From the NCBI GenBank assembly GCA_963665235.2, contig CAXXLX010000001.1, forward strand, positions 1,952,001 to 2,016,000: a stretch of 64,000 bases of DNA, in the 5' to 3' direction. Below, in pieces: positions 19,977-31,088 of this stretch. Within the stretch, counting starts at the first letter, position 1, and the number at the start of each line of letters is the position of its first letter. The translations under genes and the position numbers were made by a program. Source of the DNA: Candidatus Poribacteria bacterium. Lineage in GTDB: Bacteria; Poribacteria; WGA-4E; WGA-3G. Below the pieces are notes generated by a model. That model was not told the DNA's origin, did no database searches, and was given only the letters and a program-made list of their open reading frames with translations.

Positions 19977-22289
19977 CTAAAACCTACCCTTTGGAATACG
20001 TGGTGAGCGCCGATTTCGGAGGTCGCGTGAACTGTCGCGCTGCTGGTCGTACCTGTTATTACGCCGGTCCCGATTATCCCGATTGTCTCGCGTATCTCGA
20101 TAGGAGCGGCCCTCTCGATAGGGGCGGTTTCCTCGCTCCCGGGGCTCACGCGATTCATTCGGTTCACGTTCCCAGTCTCCCCCTGAGGTGTCAAGCTCCT
20201 CAAGGGGTACACCACCTGCAGCAACGAGCGACAGGTCAATTCTGCCCTGGTCATCAATTGTCAAGATTCGGACTGTGACTTCATCCCCAACCTTCATCAC
20301 ATCTTCAGCGCGGCGGACATACCCGTCCCCCATCTGTGAGATATGTACCAGTCCATCTTTTCCGGGCAAGATTTCTACAAATGCCCCAAAGGCTGCCGTT
20401 CGGACAACTTTGCCGGTATATTCTTTTCCAATCTCCGGCATTGCGGTAACCTGGCGTATCATTTCTTCTGCCTGTTTGACATCTTCTGCACTTGTCGAGG
20501 CGATTTCAACGGTGCCATCATCGTCAATATTAATGGTCGTGTTGGTTTCCTCCTGAATACCTTGTACAGTTTTGCCTCGGGGGCCAATAAGGTCTTTAAT
20601 CTTCTGCGTAGGAATTTGGATTGAGTGGATGCGTGGTGCATAAGGTGACAATTCTGCGCGCGGCTCCGCTATAATAGACTTCATGCGTTCAAGCACAGCG
20701 AGCCGTGCCTCTTTCGCCTGATGAATAGCACGGCGCATCAGTTCAGGGGTAACACCATCAATTTTGATGTCCATCTGCACCGCTGTTATGCCTTCCGTGG
20801 TACCAGCGACTTTGAAATCCATATCGCCGAGGAAATCCTCCGTACCGAGCATATCTGTCAACACAACCTCTTGGTCGTTTTCTTTGATTAACCCGACCCC
20901 GATACCAGCAACATGCCGTTTCAGCGGAACCCCAGCATCTAAGAGGGCAAGGGTTGCGCCACAGACAGTTGCCATTGAAGAGGAGGCATTTGATTCCAAT
21001 ATCTCCGCGACGATGCGGATAGTGTAATGGAATTCCTCTTTATTCGGAATGAGCGGTTCCAACGCTTTTTGTGCCAATGCACCGTGTCCGATTTCCCGCC
21101 GCCCAGGGCCCATCATTCGCTTAACCTCACCCGTGCTATAGGGCGGAAAATTGTAGTGTAAAAAGAACGGCCGGCGGATTTCACCATCCAATCCGCGCTG
21201 GACATCCTCATCGCCAGAGGTACCGAGCGTTGCGACACAAAGTGCCTGCGTTTGACCACGTGTAAAGAGAGCGGACCCGTGTGTTCTCGGCAGCAGGGCA
21301 ACCTCCCCTGAAATCGCCCGAATATCTGTAATGCCACGTCCATCAACACGTTTCCCTTCAACCAAAATCGACTTTCGCATCTCCTCTTTTTCTATATCGC
21401 TCAAAATGGAACGCGCATCCTTTTCTATACCGATGTCAATTTCTTCAACAGCTTCGTCCTGAATCTCGGAGAGAATCTCCGTTTGAATCTGTTCAAGATA
21501 GTCTTCACGGAGTTGTTTGTCAGCCATCCCGATGGATTCCCGAATTCGAGTCGTAGCTAAGGCACGAATACGCTCGTTCAGCGTCTCCTCCACAGTTTTT
21601 GCCGCATACTCACGTTTGGTTTGGCTACAAACGGCAGAAAGGCCCTCTTGTAGTTTGATAACCTCTTTTATTTCTTCATGTGCCGTGATGATAGTATCGA
21701 TGATTTCGTCTTCCGGAATCTCATGCCCTCCCCCTTCAACGGACATAACGGCATCCGATTTTCCACTGACGAAAAGCTCCATCTCAGATTTATGTAACTC
21801 CTCATAGCTCGGGTTGATAACCAATTTACCGTCTACCTTGCCAACAGTCACAGCGGCAACCGGACCGTTGAACGGAATATCGGAAACCGATAAAGCGGCA
21901 GAGGTCCCAATTAAAGCCGGAACATCCGCGGGGTGAACGCCATCTGAAGATAACACAGTACAAAGCACCTGCACTTCAGCCTTAAATTCCTTCGGAAAAA
22001 GTGGACGAATACAGTGATCGATAAGCCGTGCCACGAGTTGTTCAGATGTCCCAGGGCGGGGTTCACGCCGTCCGTATACCGTCGGGATGCGGCCGCCAGC
22101 ATAAGCTCGCTCTCTGTAATCTACTGTCAAAGGAAAAAAATCTAAATCGCTTTCGTTATCATCTGCTACCACAGTTACTAAGACAACTGTTCCACCGTAT
22201 TGTACCCAAACGGCCCCGTCTGCCTGTTTAGCAACCTTCCCTGTTTCAATCGATAGTTTTTCGCTTCCGAGTTGCATTTCAACTTTCAC
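19977..22289 (-). CDS. pnp: Polyribonucleotide nucleotidyltransferase
   Basis: DFFPLTVDYRE, RREIGHG, SNASSSMA, GDMDFKVAGT, KH+S1; R/D-rich tail. Confidence 0.98.
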   Translation of the reverse strand: MKVEMQLGSEKLSIETGKVAKQADGAVWVQYGGTVVLVTVVADDNESDLDFFPLTVDYRERAYAGGRIPTVYGRREPRPGTSEQLVARLIDHCIRPLFPKEFKAEVQVLCTVLSSDGVHPADVPALIGTSAALSVSDIPFNGPVAAVTVGKVDGKLVINPSYEELHKSEMELFVSGKSDAVMSVEGGGHEIPEDEIIDTIITAHEEIKEVIKLQEGLSAVCSQTKREYAAKTVEETLNERIRALATTRIRESIGMADKQLREDYLEQIQTEILSEIQDEAVEEIDIGIEKDARSILSDIEKEEMRKSILVEGKRVDGRGITDIRAISGEVALLPRTHGSALFTRGQTQALCVATLGTSGDEDVQRGLDGEIRRPFFLHYNFPPYSTGEVKRMMGPGRREIGHGALAQKALEPLIPNKEEFHYTIRIVAEILESNASSSMATVCGATLALLDAGVPLKRHVAGIGVGLIKENDQEVVLTDMLGTEDFLGDMDFKVAGTTEGITAVQMDIKIDGVTPELMRRAIHQAKEARLAVLERMKSIIAEPRAELSPYAPRIHSIQIPTQKIKDLIGPRGKTVQGIQEETNTTINIDDDGTVEIASTSAEDVKQAEEMIRQVTAMPEIGKEYTGKVVRTAAFGAFVEILPGKDGLVHISQMGDGYVRRAEDVMKVGDEVTVRILTIDDQGRIDLSLVAAGGVPLEELDTSGGDWEREPNESREPRERGNRPYREGRSYRDTRDNRDNRDRRNNRYDQQRDSSRDLRNRRSPRIPKGRF

Positions 22290-22330
22290 TAAATATCCTC
22301 CTCATACACAAAATGCTTACGGTGGTATAC

Positions 22331-22621
22331 TTAACTTCTTCGTGAACCGATAGTGTCACGGATTCCAAGTGCATCGATTAAACGGTAATATCGCGGGACA
22401 TCTTTTTTATAGAGATATTTTAACAAACGCCGCTGCTTCCCTACTAATCGATAAAGTCCATGTCGGGAGTGATAATCTTTTCTATGTATCTGAAAATGTT
22501 CCGTTAGTTCCTGAATGCGCGCGTTTAAAACCGCGACTTGTGCCTCCGGCGACCCTGTGTCCCGAGCGTGCACTTGGTATTTTTGTATCAATTCCTGCTT
22601 CTGTGCTGCATCAATTGCCAA
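22331..22621 (-). CDS. rpsO: 30S ribosomal protein S15
   Basis: [21 protein letters not shown]; TTG start with AGGAGG RBS. Confidence 0.97.
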   Translation of the reverse strand: MAIDAAQKQELIQKYQVHARDTGSPEAQVAVLNARIQELTEHFQIHRKDYHSRHGLYRLVGKQRRLLKYLYKKDVPRYYRLIDALGIRDTIGSRRS

Positions 22622-22667
22622 TCAAATTCACCTCCTTCTCTGTATCCAATTAAACTTAGTTGAATTA

Positions 22668-22696
22668 ATTATACCACATATTAAACAAAATTTCAA
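22668..22696 (-). promoter_or_regulatory. rpsO-pnp promoter
   Basis: TTGAAA-17 bp-TATAAT with an extended -10 TG. Confidence 0.7.
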
Positions 22697-22723
22697 ATTA
22701 ATTTATTCTAATCTTTTTATTTC

Positions 22724-23668
22724 TCACAGTTCATCTGTTTTTTCACAGGAAGTAAGGATTTTACGAACAGCAGCAATATCTCTCTGAATCTGCTGAATGA
22801 GTGCGTCCGGGTTCGAGAATTTTCGCTCACCCCGGATTTTTTCAATGAAGAAAACCTCCACGGTGGCACCGTATACTGTCTCATCAAAGTCAAAAAAATG
22901 ACCCTCTATTTGGAATTTTGTGCCATCAAACGTAGGACGATTTCCAACGTTTAACACACCATCTAACCATCTATCCCCTAATTTTGCGCGAATAGCGTAA
23001 ACCCCATTCGGTGGACACAGTTGTTCCCCCGGGTCTATATTTGCAGTCGGCGACCCGAGTTGTCTGCCGCGCCCATCGCCACGAACGATAGGACCGATAA
23101 GCGAATAGGTGCGCCCGAGAAGTTGCGCAGCTAAACCGAGGTCCCCCGCCGCAATTGCCTCCCGAATACGCGTACTATGAACAGGTGAACCTTCGAATTG
23201 GGTCGCAGGAACAATCGTCACCCCAAATCCAGTCGCCTCCCCGATAGCCTTCAAACGTTGTGCATTGCCCTCCCGGTCCTTTCCAAACTGACATGCATAA
23301 CCGACGACCACATGCTTCGCACGACACAACCCAACTAAAATACGATTCGCAAAGGTATCCGGAGACATCGAAGCGATGTGTTTATCAAACCTAACAAAAA
23401 TTGCTATATCCACCCCAAATTGCTCAAGGATTTCGACACGTTTCGGAAGAGACATTAATATAGGCGGACACTTCTCCGGCGAAAGAAACGCCAAAGGATG
23501 TGGATAGAACCCAAACAGAACACTTGTCCGTTTATCCGCATCGGCACGCTGGCAAACTGTCTTAAGCAGGGATTGATGTCCAATATGCATCCCATCGAAC
23601 ACACCGAAAGTGACTACCGAGTCCTGTGTCAATTTCGGGACAGATTCCAAATTATAAAAGGTTTCCAA
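22724..23668 (-). CDS. ribF: Bifunctional riboflavin kinase/FAD synthetase
   Basis: GVFDGMHIGH, SPTAN, GNRPTF, IRGERKF. Confidence 0.95.
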   Translation of the reverse strand: METFYNLESVPKLTQDSVVTFGVFDGMHIGHQSLLKTVCQRADADKRTSVLFGFYPHPLAFLSPEKCPPILMSLPKRVEILEQFGVDIAIFVRFDKHIASMSPDTFANRILVGLCRAKHVVVGYACQFGKDREGNAQRLKAIGEATGFGVTIVPATQFEGSPVHSTRIREAIAAGDLGLAAQLLGRTYSLIGPIVRGDGRGRQLGSPTANIDPGEQLCPPNGVYAIRAKLGDRWLDGVLNVGNRPTFDGTKFQIEGHFFDFDETVYGATVEVFFIEKIRGERKFSNPDALIQQIQRDIAAVRKILTSCEKTDEL

Positions 23669-23733
23669 AATTAATCTCCAAGAGTCAGCATCTTAGACAG
23701 TCGGATTTCTCAGCGGAATAGGCTTCAGTCTTT

Positions 23734-24735
23734 TTAAGTTACACCGATATCTTCACAAGTTGGGGTTTGGATATGCCGTTTGGCACTTTCCACAAGCGCG
23801 GTGATTGCGGAAGTACATGGCAACTCAATACGACATCCAGCAGCACGCTCATGCCCCCCACCATCGAATTCTGAGGCAAGTGCTGCCACATTAACACTGC
23901 CTTCACTGCGCAAGCTAATTTTCGCGTTGCCATCGGGCATTTCGCAAACACAGATAGCAACCTCAACACTCTCAATCGCCTGAATCTGGTTCACGAACCC
24001 CTCAACGTCATCCACTGTTGTCCCTGTTTTGTCGAACATGGATTGCGTAACCAAAACCCACGCTATTTTTCCATCCGGGGTCAGCTTTAAGGTTTGAAGG
24101 GTTTGGCTCAGCAGGCGAATCTTCCCCAGCGGCACCTGTTCATAGACATGACGGTAGACCTCATCCGGGGCAAAATCACCGATTTCAATCAAATCCGCTG
24201 CGATTCGATGCGTTTCCGGTGTTGCGTTGCTGTAACGAAAACAGCCTGTGTCGAACATGAGACCGGTGTAGAGACACACCGCACAAGCTTTGTCTATCGG
24301 GATACCTGTGAATTTAATAAACTTGTAGATAATCTCACATGTTGACGAGGCGGAGGGGACAATGAGGTTGTAGTCGCCAAACGGTTCTGCGGTGACATGA
24401 TGGTCTATATTTAGGACGCTCTCTGTCGGAATCAGGTGTCTGCACAGAAATGCCCCAATGCGTTCGCGCGAGCTTGCATCTAAAATGACCAACACCTCTG
24501 GCGTGTACCCCGCAAACGCTTGTGCACTTTCAATACGCTCCCAATTCGGCAGAAATTGGTATTTTTTTGGAACCGGGTCGGTATTAAAGATTTTCACAGT
24601 TTTTCCTAAGCTTTCAAGAAACAGGGCCACCCCTAATTCAGAGCCGAGCGCATCTCCATCCGGATTGATGTGCGTGGAAATTGCAAACGTCTGATACTGT
24701 TCAAATAGGGTGAGAAGTGCACGATAACTATCCAT
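23734..24735 (-). CDS. nrnA: DHH/DHHA1 oligoribonuclease (NrnA-like)
   Basis: HINPDGDALGS, IDHH, DTGCF, GGGHERAAG; start trimmed to MDSYR. Confidence 0.88.
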   Translation of the reverse strand: MDSYRALLTLFEQYQTFAISTHINPDGDALGSELGVALFLESLGKTVKIFNTDPVPKKYQFLPNWERIESAQAFAGYTPEVLVILDASSRERIGAFLCRHLIPTESVLNIDHHVTAEPFGDYNLIVPSASSTCEIIYKFIKFTGIPIDKACAVCLYTGLMFDTGCFRYSNATPETHRIAADLIEIGDFAPDEVYRHVYEQVPLGKIRLLSQTLQTLKLTPDGKIAWVLVTQSMFDKTGTTVDDVEGFVNQIQAIESVEVAICVCEMPDGNAKISLRSEGSVNVAALASEFDGGGHERAAGCRIELPCTSAITALVESAKRHIQTPTCEDIGVT

Positions 24736-24736
24736 G

Positions 24737-25114
24737 TTAACTATCTGATACTGAACTTGTGTTGCCTTCCTCCTCAGACTCAAGCTGCTTGAGGAGGTCA
24801 TCTATCTTCATGAGGTGGTCAACAGATTCATCTAAACTAAAACGAAACTCTGGGGAATAGCGGAGTGCTAAACCTCGACTTACTTCCCGTCTGATAAACC
24901 CCGCAGCACTTTTGAGCCCATCCAGCACTTCTGTTCTTCGCTGCCTATCGCCAATAACGCTTACCTTCACATCAACGTATTTCAGGTCAGCGGATACCTC
25001 TAAATACGTAACAGTGCACAAAGCGAGCCTCGGGTCTTTAACAGAACGTTGAAGGACGTTGCTCAACTCCCGCTGGATAAGGGCACCGACCCGGTCCTGT
25101 CTTCTATTTTCCAT
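24737..25114 (-). CDS. rbfA: Ribosome-binding factor A
   Basis: KDPRL, SADLKY, LRYSPEFRFSLD. Confidence 0.95.
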   Translation of the reverse strand: MENRRQDRVGALIQRELSNVLQRSVKDPRLALCTVTYLEVSADLKYVDVKVSVIGDRQRRTEVLDGLKSAAGFIRREVSRGLALRYSPEFRFSLDESVDHLMKIDDLLKQLESEEEGNTSSVSDS

Positions 25115-25187
25115 TATTTTATCTTTTCCTTTCGTCCAGAGGATATCATGTGTTCAAGAGCGCGTAATTTGTTGTCACTAAACCGTT

Positions 25188-25472
25188 TTAGTAGAAGAAT
25201 TCTGTCTCGTAATCAACCATTACCACAGATGGATTTTTCTCAATAAATTTAACGGTCTGCGACACGATTCGCTGCACATGTTTGATGTCGTTCGCAACAG
25301 AAACTGCCCCTAAAACTGTGGATTGATGTACATCGAGTGCCTCAATTTCAGCAATCCCGATGTTAAATCGGTTTCTGAGACGCGCAATTAAACTTTTGAT
25401 AACCCTGCGTTTCTCTTTGAGCGACTGGCACTCTGGGAGATACAACTTGATTTTACAAGTGCCGATGTGCAT
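25188..25472 (-). CDS. DUF503 (YlxP-like) protein
   Basis: SLKEKRRVIKSL...RFNIGIAE; conserved position between infB and rbfA. Confidence 0.9.
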   Translation of the reverse strand: MHIGTCKIKLYLPECQSLKEKRRVIKSLIARLRNRFNIGIAEIEALDVHQSTVLGAVSVANDIKHVQRIVSQTVKFIEKNPSVVMVDYETEFFY

Positions 25473-25507
25473 GCCGACCTACTTATTAAAATACCTGAAA
25501 ACTACAA

Positions 25508-27532
25508 CTAAAGCGTACGCGCGACCTGTTCGTGGACGTAACATTCTAACACATCCCCGATTTTTATATCGTCAAATTCATCAATACCGATACCGCATTC
25601 GTAATTCGCTTGCACTTCATTAACGCTGTTTTTAAAACGTCGCAGAGAATTAACTCTGCCTTCATAAATTAAGCGATTTTCGCGCAACACCCGCAGCGGT
25701 TGGTTATACGAAATTCTGCCCCAATTGACGTAACTTCCCGCCACTAAACCGATGCGAGGCACCTTAAAGATTTCCCGTACCTCTGCTCGACCGATAATAA
25801 CCTCCTTCACTTCGGGGTCCAACAAACCCTCCATCGCAGAGCGGATATCGGAGATGATATCATAGATAACCGAGTAGGTACGGACATCAATACCTTCTAC
25901 CTCAATCGCTTTCACCGCTTCCGTTGTCGGATGAACGTTGAAACCGACCACAATCGCATCCGAAGCAGAGGCAAGCAGGATATCTGTCTCTGTGATGCCG
26001 CCGGTAGCCTCGTGGATGATATTAATTTTCACTTCAGGCGCGCTCAGTTTAAGCAGAGATTCCGATACCGCTTGAACGGAGCCCTGAACATCACATTTCA
26101 CTATGATATTCAATTCCTTGATATCCCCCTCCTGAATTTGTTGGTAGAGGTCATCAAGGCTAACGTGGCTATGCGTACCTAATTTTGATAACCGATATTT
26201 ATCTTGGCGTTCCTCGCTTAGCGTCCGAGCGTCCTTTTCAGAATCAACAGCATAAAAAAGATCGCCGGCTTCTGGTACCCCAGTAAATCCAAGAACTTCT
26301 GCCGGGGTAGACGGACCGGCTTCCCGAATCCGTTTCCCCTCATCGTTCATCATCGCTTTAACTTTTCCGGAGTAAAGACCCGAGACAAAGACATCACCTA
26401 CCGTCAAGGTCCCGCTTTGCACAAGAACTGTGGCGGTAATCCCACGCTCTTTGTCTACTTGTGCTTCTATAACAACCCCCCGCGCAGGTTTAGTTGGATT
26501 CGCTTTTAGCTCAAGCAGCGCAGCTTCAAGGAGCAGCATCTCCAGCAATAAATCTATACCGGTCCGCTCTATCGCCGAAACTTCAACACAGATAGTTTGG
26601 CCGCCCCATTCCTCCGGAACTAAATCATTTTCAACCAGCTGCTGTTTAACGTAGTCGGGACGCGCCCCAGGCACGTCGATTTTGTTTATTGCAATAACGA
26701 TTGGAACTTTTGCTGCTCTTGCATGATTAATTGCCTCAATTGTCTGTGGCATGACACCATCATCTGCAGCAACGATGAGAACGACAATATCTGTCACTTC
26801 TGCGCCACGTGCACGCATCGCAGTGAAAGCAACATGCCCCGGCGTATCAAGAAACACGATGTTCCCATTTTCTAATTCAACATGGTACGCACCGATATGT
26901 TGTGTGATATTTCCGGCTTCCGATTCACTCACATTTGATTCACGGATAGCATCTAGGAGGGACGTTTTCCCGTGGTCAACGTGCCCCATTATGGTGATAA
27001 CAGGCGCACGGAGCACAAGCGATTCGGGGTCATCCGGCACTTCGGATAACATTTCCTCCTCAAGCGTCTTTTCCCGTACCACTTCAAAACCGAACTGCTC
27101 CGATAGAACTAACAAGGTCTCGTAATCTAACCTTTGATTAATCGTCGCCATCACCTTTAATTTCATCAACTGCATAATCAAATGGGTCGATTGTAAATTC
27201 AGAACTGAGGCTAACATCCCGACCGTTATCCCCTCCTGAACCTCCAAAGTGGGGGAACTCTCCAGCTCCGCCTCAGCGGTTATATCGCCAGACACCCCTT
27301 CTTCCGGCTTTGTTTCTAACTCGGAACCTAATTCTGCTTCAACTAACAGTATTGTCTCAGAATCCAGGCTGCTCATGTGATTTTTAACGGAAACGCCTAA
27401 GTTTTCTAACACTTCCATGAGTCTCTTACTACTTAATCCGTGGCGTTTCGCCAATTCATAAACCCTCACATTTTGGTTTTCATCTATCTTTTGATTAGCT
27501 TCGGCAGGTCGCTGCTGCCGTCTCTTTTTCAT
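25508..27532 (-). CDS. infB: Translation initiation factor IF-2
   Basis: RVYELAK N-domain, [21 protein letters not shown]. Confidence 0.98.
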   Translation of the reverse strand: MKKRRQQRPAEANQKIDENQNVRVYELAKRHGLSSKRLMEVLENLGVSVKNHMSSLDSETILLVEAELGSELETKPEEGVSGDITAEAELESSPTLEVQEGITVGMLASVLNLQSTHLIMQLMKLKVMATINQRLDYETLLVLSEQFGFEVVREKTLEEEMLSEVPDDPESLVLRAPVITIMGHVDHGKTSLLDAIRESNVSESEAGNITQHIGAYHVELENGNIVFLDTPGHVAFTAMRARGAEVTDIVVLIVAADDGVMPQTIEAINHARAAKVPIVIAINKIDVPGARPDYVKQQLVENDLVPEEWGGQTICVEVSAIERTGIDLLLEMLLLEAALLELKANPTKPARGVVIEAQVDKERGITATVLVQSGTLTVGDVFVSGLYSGKVKAMMNDEGKRIREAGPSTPAEVLGFTGVPEAGDLFYAVDSEKDARTLSEERQDKYRLSKLGTHSHVSLDDLYQQIQEGDIKELNIIVKCDVQGSVQAVSESLLKLSAPEVKINIIHEATGGITETDILLASASDAIVVGFNVHPTTEAVKAIEVEGIDVRTYSVIYDIISDIRSAMEGLLDPEVKEVIIGRAEVREIFKVPRIGLVAGSYVNWGRISYNQPLRVLRENRLIYEGRVNSLRRFKNSVNEVQANYECGIGIDEFDDIKIGDVLECYVHEQVARTL

Positions 27533-27813
27533 TCGCTCGTTCCCTCCTTCTTGAGAAGTACCTGTTTAAACTCATCAATAACCGGTTTCGGCAATTGCGT
27601 TCGTAACAAGGCATTAATCCGCTTAGATGCATTAAAGGCCTTATGAATGCAAGGTTCAGAACGACAGACATAGGCACCCCGGCCAGGAAGCTTTACCAAT
27701 TCTTCTACCGCTAAAGTCTCGCCTGCTCTGCACACAAAACGAATTAACGCGTTCTTTGGAAATTTACAACGGCACCCAATACAGGTGCGAATCGGGACGT
27801 TCCCGCTTTTCAT
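27529..27813 (-). CDS. ylxR: YlxR/RnpM family protein
   Basis: PIRTCIGC, PGRGAYVC. Confidence 0.9.
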   Translation of the reverse strand: MKSGNVPIRTCIGCRCKFPKNALIRFVCRAGETLAVEELVKLPGRGAYVCRSEPCIHKAFNASKRINALLRTQLPKPVIDEFKQVLLKKEGTSE

Positions 27814-27859
27814 TACTTACCTTTGGCTATTGGCTATTGGCTATAGGTTTTCGGACCTA

Positions 27860-29326
27860 TCAATTCGATTCTGTGCCCTCTTCAGGTTCAGAGCCAGGTG
27901 AGTCCGCCGGTTCAGCAGCGTCTACAGCTGTTTCCATTTCTTCCGGTTCCGGTGTCCCCTCCTGTGCATCTACCATTTCGGTTTGTTCCTCAACAGCTGC
28001 TGTCTCTTCAGACGTGTCCCCATCAGTTTCCGGGGGGACTATCGTCTCAGTCAACGTAGCAACATCCGCTGGTGGTTCCGGTGTATCCTCTTGTGCGTCT
28101 ACCATTTCGGTCTGTTCCCGCACAGCTGCTGTCTCTTCAGACGTGTCCCCATCAGTTTCCGGGGGGACTATCGTCTCAGTCAACGTAGCAGCATCCGCTG
28201 GTGGTTCTTCGGTTTCTGGTTTATCCACGTTGTCTTTAAATAAGGTGTCTAGCGAGATAGACACTTCAGATTCACGTTTTATGTCAATGTGCCAGCCTGT
28301 CAATTGTGCGGCAAGCCGTGCGTTTTGGCCGCGCCGTCCGATTGCAAGCGATAATTGGTCATCTGGCACGACAACATTTGCGCTCTGCTCCGCTTCATTT
28401 AGCTCAACACGGGTAATATCCGCTGGTTTTAAAGCGTTTATGATAAAAACGCGGGCATCTGCGTTCCATTCAAGAATGTCAATCTTTTCGTTTCGGAGCT
28501 CGCGAACGATAGCCTGTACCCTGGCCCCTCTGACCCCTACGCATGTGCCGACTGCGTCTATACCTTCCTCACTAGCGGTTACAGCGACTTTGGCACGATT
28601 TCCTGTATCTCGCGCCACTGCCATCACGCGAACTTGCCCCTCATAGACTTCAGGGACCTCTTGTTCAAATAACCGCGCAATCAGGTCGGGATGTGTTCGG
28701 GACACGACAATCTGTTGACCTACCAATTCCTTATCTACCTTTAAAATGAGGCATCGGAGGGCATCCCCGCGTTTGTACCGGTGTGATGGCGGAATATGGT
28801 GCCCCGGCAATAACGCCTCTGTTCGCAAAACATCCGTCCGCTCTAGGTCAATAATAGCGTCTTTATTTTCATAGTGCTGTATATGTCCGACAACCACCTC
28901 ACCTTCGCGTCCCTCAAATTCATTGTAAATCTGTTCCCGTTCAGCTTCTCGCAATTTGTTAAGCAGTACCTGACGGCCTAATTGGGCTTGGATACGGCCG
29001 AATTCCTCGGGGTTAATTTCAACATCAAGGGTATCCCCAAGTTTCGCATCGGGTTCCAGTTTTCGCGCCTCCTCAATCGGAATTTCTGTAGAGAAATCGC
29101 GCATAATATCGACAACTGTTTTCGGCACATGGCACTTAATCTCTCCACGGTCCAGTTGAATATCTATTGAAACCTTCGCATCTTGACCGTAATGCTTTAG
29201 TGCAACCGCGTGCAAAGCCTCCTCGATCGCTTTGATAAAAACATCTTCCGTTAAGTCGGTGTGCCCCATCATTTGGCGAATGGACTGTTGTAAACTTTCT
29301 TTCCTTTCCTGTTTTTTCTCTCTCAT
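27860..29326 (-). CDS. nusA: Transcription factor NusA with an acidic repeated C-terminal tail
   Basis: FGRIQAQ, SRTHP, CVGVRGARV, QLSLAIGRRGQNARLA. Confidence 0.97.
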   Translation of the reverse strand: MREKKQERKESLQQSIRQMMGHTDLTEDVFIKAIEEALHAVALKHYGQDAKVSIDIQLDRGEIKCHVPKTVVDIMRDFSTEIPIEEARKLEPDAKLGDTLDVEINPEEFGRIQAQLGRQVLLNKLREAEREQIYNEFEGREGEVVVGHIQHYENKDAIIDLERTDVLRTEALLPGHHIPPSHRYKRGDALRCLILKVDKELVGQQIVVSRTHPDLIARLFEQEVPEVYEGQVRVMAVARDTGNRAKVAVTASEEGIDAVGTCVGVRGARVQAIVRELRNEKIDILEWNADARVFIINALKPADITRVELNEAEQSANVVVPDDQLSLAIGRRGQNARLAAQLTGWHIDIKRESEVSISLDTLFKDNVDKPETEEPPADAATLTETIVPPETDGDTSEETAAVREQTEMVDAQEDTPEPPADVATLTETIVPPETDGDTSEETAAVEEQTEMVDAQEGTPEPEEMETAVDAAEPADSPGSEPEEGTESN

Positions 29327-29365
29327 GATACTCCTGTTACCTCACATAGGTCGCTCCCCACGAAA

Positions 29366-29827
29366 TTACCAGCGCAGCTGGATACGTCCTATACGAATTT
29401 GCGAAATGTCAATCTGAACGGGTTCACCCGAGACCTGTTCTAAAATTAAACACCCATCAACAACATCTGTGATTTGTCCTTCTGATTCAAATATCTGTCC
29501 AGTAGGTAAAGCCGCTTCTATATGAACCGTCCTACCGAGGTTGCGACGAAAGTCCGCTGCTGTTTTCAACGGACGGTCAACGCCCGGGGAGGCAATCTCC
29601 AGATGACTATATCGCGTTAAAATCTGATGCACCTCCAAAATTGGACGAACCGTATGCGCCACCGCTTGACAGTCAGATACCGAGAGCCCCCCCACTTTAT
29701 GAAGCAGAAGCCGGAGAATCTCATTCTTGCGGGGACCTACTATCTCCACTGCAACTAATTCAAAACCCTCCATCTCAAGAAGGGGTGTTAGCATTTCTGT
29801 AATCGTAGCTTCAATACCTTCTGCCAT
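29366..29827 (-). CDS. rimP: Ribosome maturation factor RimP
   Basis: LEIASPGVDRPL; first gene of the nusA-infB operon. Confidence 0.93.
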   Translation of the reverse strand: MAEGIEATITEMLTPLLEMEGFELVAVEIVGPRKNEILRLLLHKVGGLSVSDCQAVAHTVRPILEVHQILTRYSHLEIASPGVDRPLKTAADFRRNLGRTVHIEAALPTGQIFESEGQITDVVDGCLILEQVSGEPVQIDISQIRIGRIQLRW

Positions 29828-30289
29828 TTTTTCAAAAAATAAAAGACGCGTGCATTCTCAATTATAACGTCAGTGCTATTTTAAATTTGACCGGTAAGTC
29901 CTTAAATTGACATGTTACCATTTTCCTTTTTCAAAATCAAGTCAAATTTGGTCAACGTCGAAAATGGGGTTTGTAGCTCGGGTTGTGAACACACCGAAGG
30001 TTTCCTTATGCACATTCGGCAAGAAACCTAACAGCACCCCTTATTTATCAATGAACGTCTAAAATCGCACCCATGCATTTAGGTTTAACGAAATACTCGT
30101 TAATCGATTTAAGACGTTCATATTTTAAATAGTTTAACCTATTGACAAACTTTTGTCAAGGTTTATTCTATTTTTTTGGCAAAATCAAATATTTTGTACA
30201 CGGGTGTTAATTTAGCGTTTAGGCGGGCCCCCACCGTTTTAGTCCAAATACCTTACCTTAGACGAGGAGTTCTTGCCAACAGCTAAAAC

Positions 30290-30423
30290 AAAACTTTGAT
30301 TGTTACACATCTTAAAATCCGCGTAATCCGCGCTAATCCGCGATTCTGCAGCATACACGCGAAATCCCCCCTTCCATTCTTCCACCCTTCCATGCTTCGG
30401 TCCTCCAAAAACTTTACGCACCC
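30290..30423 (+). repeat. Dispersed composite repeat (near-full copy at about 63330-63470)
   Basis: ttgattgttacac.tcttaaaatccgcg...aatccgcgattc...cttccacccttcca...aaaaactttac.caccc in both copies. Confidence 0.75.
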
Positions 30424-30476
30424 AAAAACGTACATACCCTTCTATTTTTCAGGCAAGGCATGGTATACTATTAAAC

Positions 30477-31088
30477 ATGAGTATGTTTCGTGAACATTGG
30501 ATTGGGGGGATAGTTGTATACAGCACCTTTTTCGGGGTTTCGCTCGCAGCTACGTTCCTCGGTTCAATCCTTTATCAGTTTCCAATTGCATGGAATCCAA
30601 CAATTTCGGTGCATCCTGTGAAAAGCATCGGCTGCTTTGCTGTCGCCGTACTGTTCGGGCTATGGCCGGATGTAGATATCAAGAGCAAAAGCCAAAAGAT
30701 TTTTTATGGTGTGCTGTTTGTCTTGAATCTTGTGCTTATTCTCTTCCTGCAAAGGTATTTGGAATCGGCACTTCTCGGATTATTCGCAATGCTTCCGATT
30801 ATCAGCAAACATCGCGGATGGACACACGCTAGAATTACGATGGTCTTGCTACCGAGCCTATTTCTATTCATTCCAGTTTACGCAGCGTACCCGACCTGGA
30901 GTGAAGGGTGGAACACACTTCTAGAGCTATTCCACCTGTTAATTGCATGGGAAGAGCTGCCAGATGCAATTCAAAGCGGTTTACCCTTTTATGTCGCCAG
31001 TTTTATCGGTTATGCAACACACCTCCACCTTGATGGTATTTTATTCCGTTCCCGAAAAGCACAACGTCGAAAAGCGCGAGAAAACTAG
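30477..31088 (+). CDS. Membrane-bound metal-dependent hydrolase (YdjM-like)
   Basis: N-terminal H, PDVD, HRGWTH, HLHLD motifs; TM helices. Confidence 0.8.
   Translation: MSMFREHWIGGIVVYSTFFGVSLAATFLGSILYQFPIAWNPTISVHPVKSIGCFAVAVLFGLWPDVDIKSKSQKIFYGVLFVLNLVLILFLQRYLESALLGLFAMLPIISKHRGWTHARITMVLLPSLFLFIPVYAAYPTWSEGWNTLLELFHLLIAWEELPDAIQSGLPFYVASFIGYATHLHLDGILFRSRKAQRRKAREN

Noticed and set aside
27756-28646. 296-aa plus-strand ORF, and similar antisense ORFs over acs, pnp, gcvP and the WD40 gene
   Set aside because: These are shadow frames opposite well-supported genes.
29830-30290. tRNA or ncRNA in the AT-rich gap upstream of rimP
   Set aside because: I recognised no cloverleaf, T-loop or known RNA motif; it is consistent with a divergent promoter region.
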